Assembly (NCBI GenBank): GCA_964418735.1
Contig: CAYQMY010000001.1
Span: forward strand, 1-36,919
Length of the DNA: 36,919 nt
Source of the DNA: an uncultured Oscillospiraceae bacterium
GTDB taxonomy: Bacteria; Bacillota; Clostridia; Oscillospirales; Oscillospiraceae
Reading direction: 5' to 3'
How positions within the stretch are numbered: position 1 is the stretch's first letter; each line of letters starts with the position of its first letter. The notes under the pieces were generated by a model that did no database searches, was not told where the DNA came from, and saw only the letters and a list, made by a program, of their open reading frames with translations. Below are positions 15,767 through 24,635 of the stretch, piece after piece. A program made the translations under genes and the position numbers.

Positions 15767-17728
15767 TTATTTACCCTCCCTTATAGCTTTTTTTCCGATT
15801 TTTATCATGGTGACAATCGGAATTTTAGACGAACAAATTGTCTGGCAGCATCCGCACTCGATGCAGTCCATAACGCTCTGGTCCTTAAAGCCCTGCCAGT
15901 TCGAGGTGCCGGCGTACTTGGTGAAGTACAGGGGCTTCAGCTCCATCGGACAAACGTCGGCGCAGCGGCCGCACTTGATGCAGGGATAGGGCTCAGAGGT
16001 GACAGGCTCAACTGCGATGACGCCGTTTGTGCCCTTCATTACGGGAACAGAAAGATCACTGAGCACAAAGCCCATCATCAGACCGCCCATTTTAATGGTT
16101 ACATCGTCAGTAGTTACGCCGCCGCAGTAGTCGACGAGCGCCTTGACGGGAGTACCGATTTTAACAATATAGTTGGCGGGGTTTTTGATTCTCTCGCCGG
16201 TCACGGTTACAACGCGCTCGATAAGCGGCATACCGGTTTTGATGGCGTCGGAAATGGCCTTGACGGTGCTGACGTTGCTAACAACCGCGCCAACATCGGC
16301 GGGCAGTCCGCCGGACGGAACGCTGCGTCCCAAAACCCTCTTGATAAGCATTTTTTCCGCGCCCTGCGGGTACTTGGTTTTAGCTACGACAACCTCGATG
16401 TTGTCTATATCGGCCGTCTTTGCCTGCATAACCTCGATAGCGTCGGGCTTGTTGTCTTCGATTGCGATGATGCCCTTTTCAGCGCCGGAAGCCTTAAGCA
16501 TAGCCTTAAGTCCGTAGATGATGTCATCTGCATACTCGACCATAACGCGGTGGTCGGCGGTGAGAAGCGGCTCGCATTCGCAGCCGTTGAGAAGAACGGT
16601 ATCGACCGGCTTCGGCGGCTTCATCTTGACGGAGGTCGGGAAGCCTGCGCCGCCCATGCCAACGATGCCCTTTTCGCGGACAAGCTCGACGAGCTCATCT
16701 GCAGTCATGGAATCAAGATCTCCGGCGGGCCTTACGGACTCGTGCAGAGTGTTCTTTCCGTCAGACTCGATTACAACGGACATTACGTTTCCGTTTGTGG
16801 CATGAAGTCTCGGCTCAACAGCGAGTACCTTACCGCTGACGCTTGAGTGAATGTTTGCGCTGATAAAGCCCTTGGCCTCACCGATCTTCTGGCCGACCTT
16901 GACGAGGTCTCCGGCGGCAACAATCGGCTCTGCGGGTGCGCCGGCGTGCTGACACATGGGTATAACAACGGTATGTACCTCGGGGAAGACCTTAAGAGAG
17001 AGGTGCTCGCTGTATTCCTTGTGCTCCGAGGGGTGAATTCCGCCGTAGTAACCCTCAAAACGCTTTTCTCGGACAGATTTGACGTATTCGTTGATTAGCT
17101 TGAAGTTTACCTTTGAGTAGTCGCGAACCTGAACCGGCTGATTGAGAAATTCCTGAAGCATACCTTGCTTGTCGAGCTTCTCATAGATCTTCTGCCAGCC
17201 GCAGTCCATGTTCTTGTTGACTTCGCATTTGCCGTTTTTTGCGCCGCCGCACTGACCGTTGATGAGGCTCTTCGAGCAGTCAACAATGGGACAGATGCCG
17301 CCGGTAAGGTTTAAGTAGCACTGGCCGCAGGCGTCGCAGAGCGTTTTTGTCAGTGCCATGCCGTGATTGCCCCTGAAAGCTGTAGAATCGCTGGCAGCAT
17401 AAACAGGCTTTTCTGATAAATCGGCAACCGTCTGTATGCCGAGACCGCAGGAAATAACAAAAATGTTATCTACGCCCTCAGGCAAAACGGACTGAAGCTT
17501 CTTCTCAGTCGTTGTCTTGTTGCACAGAAAATCTACCTTTGCGCAGCCTACGAAAGTTTTGCCCTGCTCCTTGGCAAGCTCCTCAAATTTGTCGCATTCC
17601 GGCTCTTCAAATGTTTCAAGTTCCTTGAAGCATTTGTTGCAGGCTACAACAAAAATGTTTTGCTTATCGGCAAGTAGTGGGGCCAACTCTTCAGCCCTTT
17701 TCAGCTTGAACTTGGTGTAATCTTCCAA
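15767..17728 (-). CDS. rnfC2: RnfC-like NADH-binding iron-sulfur flavoprotein with an N-terminal MetV-like module (RnfC2-type MTHFR subunit)
   Basis: The N-terminal roughly 200 aa are paralogous to MetV (CDACGQCYLNLTGGICPIVDCSKSLINGQCGGAKNGKCEV). The central region has the VGMGGAGFPT motif (RnfC/NuoF-type nucleotide/FMN site). The C-terminus has two ferredoxin motifs, CIKCGRCADVCP and CIECGCCQTICS. A TTG start lies 7 nt after GGGGGG. Confidence 0.8.
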   Translation of the reverse strand: MEDYTKFKLKRAEELAPLLADKQNIFVVACNKCFKELETFEEPECDKFEELAKEQGKTFVGCAKVDFLCNKTTTEKKLQSVLPEGVDNIFVISCGLGIQTVADLSEKPVYAASDSTAFRGNHGMALTKTLCDACGQCYLNLTGGICPIVDCSKSLINGQCGGAKNGKCEVNKNMDCGWQKIYEKLDKQGMLQEFLNQPVQVRDYSKVNFKLINEYVKSVREKRFEGYYGGIHPSEHKEYSEHLSLKVFPEVHTVVIPMCQHAGAPAEPIVAAGDLVKVGQKIGEAKGFISANIHSSVSGKVLAVEPRLHATNGNVMSVVIESDGKNTLHESVRPAGDLDSMTADELVELVREKGIVGMGGAGFPTSVKMKPPKPVDTVLLNGCECEPLLTADHRVMVEYADDIIYGLKAMLKASGAEKGIIAIEDNKPDAIEVMQAKTADIDNIEVVVAKTKYPQGAEKMLIKRVLGRSVPSGGLPADVGAVVSNVSTVKAISDAIKTGMPLIERVVTVTGERIKNPANYIVKIGTPVKALVDYCGGVTTDDVTIKMGGLMMGFVLSDLSVPVMKGTNGVIAVEPVTSEPYPCIKCGRCADVCPMELKPLYFTKYAGTSNWQGFKDQSVMDCIECGCCQTICSSKIPIVTMIKIGKKAIREGK

Positions 17729-17875
17729 TTATATTCCCCCCTAGACAATGTAAAAAGATCCTCGCTATATTAATAAAATATTTCGCGAAAATAAACAATG
17801 GCGCGCTCTTCCAGAGCGCCTGAACTAAGCGTACATACGCTAAGTTCCTACATGTACAATATATTAACAGCCGTT

Positions 17876-17905
17876 ATTATATCATAAAATGTTTTTTATC
17901 AACAA
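17876..17905 (-). promoter_or_regulatory. candidate sigma-A promoter for rnfC2-metV-metF
   Basis: On the minus strand the sequence reads TTGTTGATA-N-TGATATAAT (extended -10). It would give a 5' UTR of about 140 nt. This is read by eye only. Confidence 0.35.
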
Positions 17906-17996
17906 TAATCAGAAAAAGTTCGGTTGATTTTTATATAAAAACAAAATAATTTTCATTTGGAACTGGCGAATGTGTTCAGCATATGGATTTATAGGC

Positions 17997-18021
17997 AAAA
18001 ACCGCCGGTTTAAAGGCGGAC
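17997..18021 (-). terminator. candidate rho-independent terminator after the radical SAM gene
   Basis: On the minus strand, a CCGCC/GGCGG stem is followed by TTTTTG. The stem is short, only 5 bp. Confidence 0.45.
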
Positions 18022-18048
18022 TTTGTATTTCGAATGCTTGAACAGCAT

Positions 18049-19056
18049 TTATAAGCGTTCCAGCAGCATTTCAGCAAACTCGTCCAGATCCTCGGGCATG
18101 CCCTGCTTTAGCTCCCCGCATTTTGAGCAGAAGGGGCGCGCGTTGCGTTCTCCGCGCAGAAACATGGATTGAAGTCTCCATAGGTGGATGCTGTTCCAGA
18201 CCTTTTTGGGAGACTTGTAAGCACCGAACTCATTTCCAAGAGGCAGGACGCGCTTCCAGTCAAAGCGGCACATGCTGTAGCTGCCATCGGAGTTTATCGC
18301 AAACTCATAAAAAATATAGGGACAGACCTTAACTTCATGGGCTTCATAGCCGAGTATGCCCACATTTTCGTTTATTTCCACCTTTTCCTGCTTGAAGGTG
18401 GGCCAATAATCGATGGCATGCTCAACGGATATGCCGTCGGTTATGTCGCCGAAGGTGTCGTAAAATTGCTGTATTTGTTCCTCTGTCAAAATGTCGCCGT
18501 TTATTTTTATGTTCATTTCACACTGCTTGCGGTTTTCGTAAAAAAAGGCGATGTTTTCGACAAATTTTTCGTAGTCTATCTTGTATCGTGAAAAATCCTC
18601 ATACTGCTCAGCATTTATGCCCTCAACTGATATGTTGATACGGTCAAGTCCAGCTTCTATTATTTTTAAGCTCAGCTCAGGAGTCAAAAGCGAGCCGTTT
18701 GTGGTGGTGTCAACCTTTTCGCAGCAGCCGGATTCCTTTGCATAGCGCACCATGTCGGGGAAATGGGGATTAAGCAGGGGCTCACCGTCCTTATATAGGC
18801 GTATTACCCTTACCTTGTCATCAAATTCGCAAACGCCGTCGATAATGCGCTTATACAGCTCGAAGTCCATTATTCCGTGTCCGCGGCCCCTGGTGGATTT
18901 CATTATCTCGGGGTCACCCGTCGGACAGAATTTGCACTGGAAGTTGCACTTATCGCAGGGGTCAATATATATGACATAAGGCGTTCTAAGTGGAATGGCG
19001 TCCTTAAGCTCATTGCGATCGTATAAATCTATGCGTGGTTTTATCTGCGCTTTCAT
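18049..19056 (-). CDS. radical SAM protein with a C-terminal Cys-containing (SPASM/twitch-like) extension
   Basis: It has the CNFQCKFCP motif (CxxxCxxC) near the N-terminus and a GEPLL motif. C-terminal cysteines occur in VCPYIFYEF ... SMCRFDW ... PFCSKCGE. A GGAGG RBS is present. Confidence 0.85.
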   Translation of the reverse strand: MKAQIKPRIDLYDRNELKDAIPLRTPYVIYIDPCDKCNFQCKFCPTGDPEIMKSTRGRGHGIMDFELYKRIIDGVCEFDDKVRVIRLYKDGEPLLNPHFPDMVRYAKESGCCEKVDTTTNGSLLTPELSLKIIEAGLDRINISVEGINAEQYEDFSRYKIDYEKFVENIAFFYENRKQCEMNIKINGDILTEEQIQQFYDTFGDITDGISVEHAIDYWPTFKQEKVEINENVGILGYEAHEVKVCPYIFYEFAINSDGSYSMCRFDWKRVLPLGNEFGAYKSPKKVWNSIHLWRLQSMFLRGERNARPFCSKCGELKQGMPEDLDEFAEMLLERL

Positions 19057-19185
19057 GTTTGCCTCCGATTATTGGATAGAGCTGAGAGACCTGAAGAAAA
19101 TTCAAGTGGGCTCCAAATTGCCTCGATTATAATATATAAGCTAGCAAATGACAAGGCAATAATCTGGATGGAGCAGTACAAAGCT

Positions 19186-19221
19186 AAAAGCAGTCACCCC
19201 TCAAGAAATGAAGGATGACTG
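19186..19221 (-). terminator. candidate terminator after the MaoC-family gene
   Basis: An imperfect hairpin, cagtcacc/ggatgactg, is followed on the minus strand by CTTTT. Confidence 0.45.
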
Positions 19222-19232
19222 ATTTTTTAACA

Positions 19233-19688
19233 TCACTCGGTTTTTGGCTCTCTGGCTTTCATCATTAAAACCCATTCACATTCGCATATCACCTTGCCGC
19301 CGTGGTTTACGAGATTCGCGCTCATCTTCAGAACACCTCGCCCGGGCTTTTTGCTCGGAACAAGCTCTGTAGGCGTCATTTCAAGGTGAACCGTATCCCC
19401 GATTTCAAGAGGAGCCTTATACTTGATGCTGAGCTCCATGAAGGCGATAGTGGTTCCGGCAAACATACCAGTTTGATTGGACATACCTGTCATTATGACG
19501 GGGCCGAGCATGCCGTGGGCAATTCTTTTTCCGAACATGTTGAGCTTTCCGAATTCCTCGTCTGTGTGAAGAGGGTTGAAATCGCCCGAAAGTCCGGCGA
19601 AATTTATTACGTCGGTCTCAGTTATAGTTCTTGCCTGACTTTTATAGCACTTGCCTACCTCAAAATCCTCAAGATAAAAGCCTTCCAT
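19233..19688 (-). CDS. MaoC-family (R-specific) enoyl-CoA hydratase/dehydratase
   Basis: It carries the hydratase-2 motif FAGLSGDFNPLHTDEEFG and is a single hot-dog-fold-sized protein of 151 aa. Confidence 0.85.
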   Translation of the reverse strand: MEGFYLEDFEVGKCYKSQARTITETDVINFAGLSGDFNPLHTDEEFGKLNMFGKRIAHGMLGPVIMTGMSNQTGMFAGTTIAFMELSIKYKAPLEIGDTVHLEMTPTELVPSKKPGRGVLKMSANLVNHGGKVICECEWVLMMKAREPKTE

Positions 19689-19721
19689 TTTAACGTTCCT
19701 TTCTTGTATGTGTACTATTGA

Positions 19722-20495
19722 TTAATAATATTTCGGAGGGCGTTTCTCCTTAAATGCCTTGAAACCCTCGATTTGGTCAGATGTTCCGAAGCTGGCGGTC
19801 ATATAGCCGAGCTCGATATCCTTGCCGACATCGACACCGACGCTCTCTCCCGCTGCAAGCGCGGCCTTGAGAAGGGATATGGCGGAGGCGGAATTTTTTG
19901 CGATAATTTCGGCTTCTGCCTTGACCTCGGCGGCAAACGCGTCCGCGGGTACGACCTTGTTTATAAGCCCAATCGAGAGAGCCTCGTCAGCCTTAATACG
20001 GCGGCCGGTAAACAAGAGCTCCTTAGCCCTAATCGTGCCAATGCACTTTGGGAGGCGCTGCGTTCCGTTAAAGCCGGGCACGATTCCGAGCGTGACCTCC
20101 GGCATCGCAAAGGAAGCCTTCTCGTGCGCAATCCTAATGTCGGTGCAAAGCACAAACTCACAGCCGCCGCCGAAGGCGTAACCGTTTATCGCGGCTATTG
20201 TGGGCTTGGGCATGGTTTCAATGCGGCGAAAGAGAGCCGCGCCCCTGCGGGAATACTCGATTATGCCCATTGTGTCCTTGCTTTCCATCTCGGCAATGTC
20301 AGCACCTGCAATAAACGCCTTGCCCTCGCCTGTGAAAACGACGACGCGAACTTCCTTGTCGGCAGATGCTTCTTCGACAGCTGCGGAAAGCTCGTCTAAA
20401 AGCTGTGAGTTAAGGGCGTTCATCGCCTCGGGTCTATGAAAGGTTATGGTAGCGATACCGTTTTCCCTGGCGTAAAGTATATACTTATAGTCCAT
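19722..20495 (-). CDS. enoyl-CoA hydratase/isomerase (crotonase family)
   Basis: It has FTGEGKAFIAGADIAEM and GYAFGGGCEFVLCTDIRIA. I prefer the ATG at 20495 (MDYKYILY), preceded by GGGAGGAACAA, because the 20573 start would overlap the upstream gene. Confidence 0.9.
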   Translation of the reverse strand: MDYKYILYARENGIATITFHRPEAMNALNSQLLDELSAAVEEASADKEVRVVVFTGEGKAFIAGADIAEMESKDTMGIIEYSRRGAALFRRIETMPKPTIAAINGYAFGGGCEFVLCTDIRIAHEKASFAMPEVTLGIVPGFNGTQRLPKCIGTIRAKELLFTGRRIKADEALSIGLINKVVPADAFAAEVKAEAEIIAKNSASAISLLKAALAAGESVGVDVGKDIELGYMTASFGTSDQIEGFKAFKEKRPPKYY

Positions 20496-20508
20496 TTGTT
20501 CCTCCCAA

Positions 20509-21744
20509 TTATTTATCCGATTTCCAGACATAAAGCGCGCCGTTTTCGAGCATCGACTCAATCTTATTATCATCGTAGCCGAGCTCCTTTAAAACCTCCG
20601 GGCCGTTTTCACCTATGAGAGGGGCGACCTTCGGCATGGCTTTTTCTATGGAATCGAAGTAGCCGGGCGTGCGGGTTATGCGGCGGACGTTTCCATTAGG
20701 ACACTCAAGGTCGTAGTAGCAGCCCATGGCCTCCGCCTGCGGGTCCTCGAGCATTTCCTGCCAGTTAAAGGCAAGGGCGTGGGGGATATCGCCGTCAACG
20801 AGGATGGTTTTCCACTCAGACCATTTTTTGGTTTTGAAATATGTAAGCAGTATATCGGTAAACTCATGCAGGAAGCCACTCTTGACCATGTCTGCCTGAG
20901 GCCAGTACTTGCCGCAGTCAACGAGGTCCTGCCGTCCGATAGCCTTGCAGAAGTGCTTAAAGCGCTGGTCGTAATCGGGCATTGCTATCTGAACTATACG
21001 GTCGTCGGCTGTGGTATAACCGCCGTTGAGCGGGTTCGTGTTGTTGTACATGCCGATGGGGAAGGTGCGGGCGTAGCCGTCGTACTGGGAGGCCATCAGC
21101 ATGATGGAGTGGTTCCATATAGCGTTCTCATATAGGCTTGCGACGACGAGATCACCTTTTCCGGTTTTCTGAGAGCGGAGATAAGCGGTCAGAACGTTGA
21201 GAGCAAGCACAAGACCCACGTTGTTGTCTCCGATGCCGGGAATAGCGGGATGCGGAGGCCCTCCGGCGCGGCGGTTGACATGTATGTATCCGCCGCGGCT
21301 TAAAAAGGCAGTCATGTCGTAGCCCGGCAGATCCTTGTCCGGCCCCTTTACTCCGTAGCCGGTGCACATGCCGTAGATAAGCTTAGGAAAGCGCTCCTTT
21401 ATAGAATTATAGTCAAGCCCTGCGCGCATTAAAGCTTGCTCGCGCCAGTTTGTGATGAGAATGTCCGCCGTAGCTAGGAGCTTTAAAAACGCTTCCTTGC
21501 CCTCGGGATTTTTCATATCGAGGGAAATGCAGCGCTTGTTTCCGTTGAGGTATTCCCAGGTGGTATTCTCCAGCATATCCTGCGGACGCCCCTCGTTTAC
21601 GCCGGTATAGCGGAGAGGGTCACCCTGTGCGCTTTCGATAATTATTACGTCTGCGCCGTGGTCGGCAAAGTATCTTGCGGCGGCGGGGGCCGCTACGAAA
21701 TTGGCGAGCTGTATTACTCTGACTCCTGATAAGGCCAGGTCCAT
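20509..21744 (-). CDS. family III CoA-transferase (CaiB/BaiF family)
   Basis: It has the N-terminus LSGVRVIQLANFVAAPAAARYFADHGADVIIIESAQGDPLR, typical of CaiB/BaiF/Frc-type transferases. A GAGGAGG RBS is present. Confidence 0.85.
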   Translation of the reverse strand: MDLALSGVRVIQLANFVAAPAAARYFADHGADVIIIESAQGDPLRYTGVNEGRPQDMLENTTWEYLNGNKRCISLDMKNPEGKEAFLKLLATADILITNWREQALMRAGLDYNSIKERFPKLIYGMCTGYGVKGPDKDLPGYDMTAFLSRGGYIHVNRRAGGPPHPAIPGIGDNNVGLVLALNVLTAYLRSQKTGKGDLVVASLYENAIWNHSIMLMASQYDGYARTFPIGMYNNTNPLNGGYTTADDRIVQIAMPDYDQRFKHFCKAIGRQDLVDCGKYWPQADMVKSGFLHEFTDILLTYFKTKKWSEWKTILVDGDIPHALAFNWQEMLEDPQAEAMGCYYDLECPNGNVRRITRTPGYFDSIEKAMPKVAPLIGENGPEVLKELGYDDNKIESMLENGALYVWKSDK

Positions 21745-21814
21745 TTTTTTTCCTCCTCAAGTATTATTAATAAGCGAAACGAAGACATTTGTTTATATTA
21801 TACTACATTATTTC

Positions 21815-21855
21815 ACAATCAGGGCAAATTTTTATTATAAAATTGCCCTGATTGT
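21815..21855 (-). terminator. strong hairpin between the permease and the CoA-transferase genes (terminator or attenuator)
   Basis: acaatcagggcaaatt (21815-21830) pairs with aattgccctgattgt (21841-21855). The loop is AT-rich and the downstream U-tract is weak. A TATAAT-containing stretch follows before the CoA-transferase gene. Confidence 0.5.
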
Positions 21856-21894
21856 CGAAAAAGTCCCGAATAGGGCAGAAGCTCGTCAGAGCTT

Positions 21895-23220
21895 TTATGC
21901 GTAGCCGAACAAATAACAAAGCGGTATGAGCAGACATAGCGAGATTGTAGGTATGACAACATTGGTGACACCTGCCGCTATGTAAGAGGTCTTGTGGGTG
22001 TTTCCTGTGTAATTAATAACCGATACAACCAGACCGCAGTGGGGGAGGGAGTCTAGTGTGAGCGCGGCGAGCGATACGCATCTCGCAAGTCCTTCAAGCT
22101 GTGCTGTGGTCGTAATAAGGCCGGTATCTATGTAGTTCGCTTTTACGACCGGCAGAGCGATGCCCTCGCCGCCCGTACCTGAGCCAGTTATGCCCGCGAT
22201 GAGTCCTACCGCTATACTCGCAGAGATAAGCGGCGAGCCACCGATTTTGGTAATAGCGTCGGTCATTATCGTGAAGGCTGGCAGAGTTTTGACAACAGTG
22301 CCGAAGCCGACTATGGCAGCGGTGTTGAACAGTGTAATGAGGCCCCCCGTAGTGCCTGCGGTGAGGGTTTTCCAGATGTTTTTCCAATTAAGATTTGCGT
22401 AGAAGCATATGAGGGCCGCAACTATGCCTCCGGTAAGAGATGGGGCGACGCCAATCTTTGTTGCGTTGAGAAGTACAAGCAGGACTACCATTGGTACAAG
22501 GCTGAGCCAGAAGTTGGGGAGCTTTTTCCCCTCTATGGCCTTCATTGCCTCTTCGTCGGCCGCCGTAGCCTCGAAATGCTTGCCCTGCTTTTTGGCTCTG
22601 CGCACGCAGTAATATATCCAAATGAAAACAAGAACCATTTCAAAGGCGGCAGCAATCATGCCAGGAGCGAAGGCGGCAGTGGTGCTGACCTTGAGAAACT
22701 GAGTGGGAATTAAGTTGTGAGCCGCGGGGGAACCAGGCATCATCGCGGTAGCAGTACCGGCGCCGGCAAAATAAAGCGCAGGAAGGAGATGCCGAGTGAT
22801 GTCGGCCTTCTTAAACATAGAGAGCATGAGGGGATACATTGCGAAGAAGGCGACAAATACGGATACGCCGCCGTATGAAAGCAGGAAACCGGCAAGGATT
22901 ATGGAGGGAACTATCGCTTTTTCGCCAAGCTTATTTATTATGCCGCCTGCTATCGCGTCGGCAGCTCCCGACACTTCAAACAGCTTTCCGAATATGGCAC
23001 CAAGTATAAATAGCCAGAAATAGCTTCCGAAATAACCTGAAATTCCGCTGACATAGGTTGTGACTATCATATCCATAGCTTTAATATTCGCCGCTGTAAA
23101 AAGTGCGGTGGTGACAACTAAGAATAATGAGGAGATAAGCGCGGTGAAGAAAATTGGGACGCCTCGGAAAACTAGAACTATTAGCAGCGCTAAACCGAGA
23201 ACCATCAGTACGACCTGCAT
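21895..23220 (-). CDS. GntP-family-like organic anion permease
   Basis: It is a 441-aa polytopic membrane protein. Its N-terminus and length resemble gluconate/hydroxy-acid:H+ symporters. The family call was made by eye and needs an HMM check. Confidence 0.55.
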   Translation of the reverse strand: MQVVLMVLGLALLIVLVFRGVPIFFTALISSLFLVVTTALFTAANIKAMDMIVTTYVSGISGYFGSYFWLFILGAIFGKLFEVSGAADAIAGGIINKLGEKAIVPSIILAGFLLSYGGVSVFVAFFAMYPLMLSMFKKADITRHLLPALYFAGAGTATAMMPGSPAAHNLIPTQFLKVSTTAAFAPGMIAAAFEMVLVFIWIYYCVRRAKKQGKHFEATAADEEAMKAIEGKKLPNFWLSLVPMVVLLVLLNATKIGVAPSLTGGIVAALICFYANLNWKNIWKTLTAGTTGGLITLFNTAAIVGFGTVVKTLPAFTIMTDAITKIGGSPLISASIAVGLIAGITGSGTGGEGIALPVVKANYIDTGLITTTAQLEGLARCVSLAALTLDSLPHCGLVVSVINYTGNTHKTSYIAAGVTNVVIPTISLCLLIPLCYLFGYA

Positions 23221-23514
23221 TGCAAAAATCCTCCCTCTTCCATATTTAATTATGATTATGTAAATACGCTTTGAGAAAGGTGCGTTTTTAAATCCCCCCG
23301 TTTTAAAAAGGCACCATCTGCTTAGCGGCTTACGGAATAATTATATTTGCGGAAATGCAAAAAATGAACAATCCTCAGATTTTACTCAAAGGATTTAGCA
23401 TAGTGAAAAAGCTACACATAATACCACCGTTATCCTAATAGGATTAGTACAAGGCTTGTTTGGGGAAAATGCTTGCACATTCGTTTGACCTGTGCAAAAA
23501 TGGAGGGAAACAGG

Positions 23515-24603
23515 ATGTTAAATGCTCTGCAAATCAGGGACGAGTATTCTATGCGAGATGCCGAAGTCATGGAAGACAGGCTTATACTGTTGATCTTAAA
23601 GAAAATGAACTGCGTTTATGCGGGAAGGCTTCTAAGACTAGTCGAAGCGCTTACTTTACCTGTAATATTGTTTGTGCTTGCCGCAGTCACATTTTATGTC
23701 TTAAAAAACAAGCTCAGCCTTTATATTCTGCTGGCTCCGCTCGGGATTTTGTCGGTGTATATTCCTAGTGCTATTGGCAGTATGAAAACGCGTAGACAAA
23801 ATTCGGGGATAAGACACGATATCAAAAGGTGCGGTGAGCATTTTTTGATTGCTCAGGCAACCTGCATCGGTAAGAACGAGCAGACCTTTTTCTCTGGGAA
23901 GAAGCTTTGCAGCCTCAAGGTCGGCCTGCGCGGCGGGCAAAGAATTGAGAGCATTCCGATATTTGAGCCGTATTACAGGGGGATCAAGGTCGGCAGTGAA
24001 GTTGCGCTGATTATTTCTTCGAGCGAGGGGGCGGAGGTGCTGTTCGCTATCCCTAAGTATGTGCTGAAGCCGCACACCAAAACAGCAAAGCTGGAAGCGG
24101 ATAAGACGGCGCCGATTTCTGAAGAGCTTCTGCGTCCCTTGAGTGAAGAGGACAGAAAAATGGCGCTGGAATTCGGGGCTTATAGGAATAGGCTGAGAGT
24201 CATACACTACGGAAGAGCTTATATTATCTGCTCGCTCCTCTCGGCAGCCTTTTTTGTGACAGCGGTCATACTTAATAGTGTATATATAAATCTTTCAATC
24301 GTCATTTTGTGCTGCATCGCCGCTGCGGTAGTGATGTATTTTGCGGAGTGGAGGCAGTATAAGAAAATGGTTTTGGAAAAATGGGATAAGCTGAGTTGTC
24401 TTGACGGAAAGGTGTCAACCAAGACGGAAGATTCTGAAAACAAGGGAAAATACATCGAGATAGAAGACCTCGGCGGAAAGAGGATTTTTCGCTCAACCTC
24501 GCAGGAGGATTATATAATCTTCGAAAAAGGCAGCCCCGTCCTGCTTATTTATAAGGACGGAAAGGATAAACCGATAATTTGCATGAAAAGTCTGCCGGCA
24601 TAA
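23515..24603 (+). CDS. hypothetical membrane protein (two TM hairpins, each followed by a soluble module)
   Basis: The ATG at 23515 lies 8 nt after GGAGGG. Hydrophobic pairs occur near residues 40-95 and 235-290. I recognised no family. Confidence 0.6.
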   Translation: MLNALQIRDEYSMRDAEVMEDRLILLILKKMNCVYAGRLLRLVEALTLPVILFVLAAVTFYVLKNKLSLYILLAPLGILSVYIPSAIGSMKTRRQNSGIRHDIKRCGEHFLIAQATCIGKNEQTFFSGKKLCSLKVGLRGGQRIESIPIFEPYYRGIKVGSEVALIISSSEGAEVLFAIPKYVLKPHTKTAKLEADKTAPISEELLRPLSEEDRKMALEFGAYRNRLRVIHYGRAYIICSLLSAAFFVTAVILNSVYINLSIVILCCIAAAVVMYFAEWRQYKKMVLEKWDKLSCLDGKVSTKTEDSENKGKYIEIEDLGGKRIFRSTSQEDYIIFEKGSPVLLIYKDGKDKPIICMKSLPA

Positions 24604-24635
24604 GCCGCTATTTGTTTAGCAGAAAGGAAATACTT

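Noticed and set aside
15698-16846. 382-aa ORF on the + strand, the longest unannotated frame in the track
   Set aside because: It lies entirely antisense to rnfC2 and the start of metV. Its product is low-complexity (Gly/Ala/Asp/Leu/Val-rich) with no motifs or RBS. The minus-strand product has unmistakable RnfC and MetV signatures.
17729-18048. Possible riboswitch or T-box in the long AT-rich leader of rnfC2
   Set aside because: Only two small hairpins are present (about 17801-17820 and about 17826-17842). I could not recognise any conserved riboswitch core, such as THF, SAM, B12 or T-box specifier/T-box sequence. An Rfam scan would settle it.
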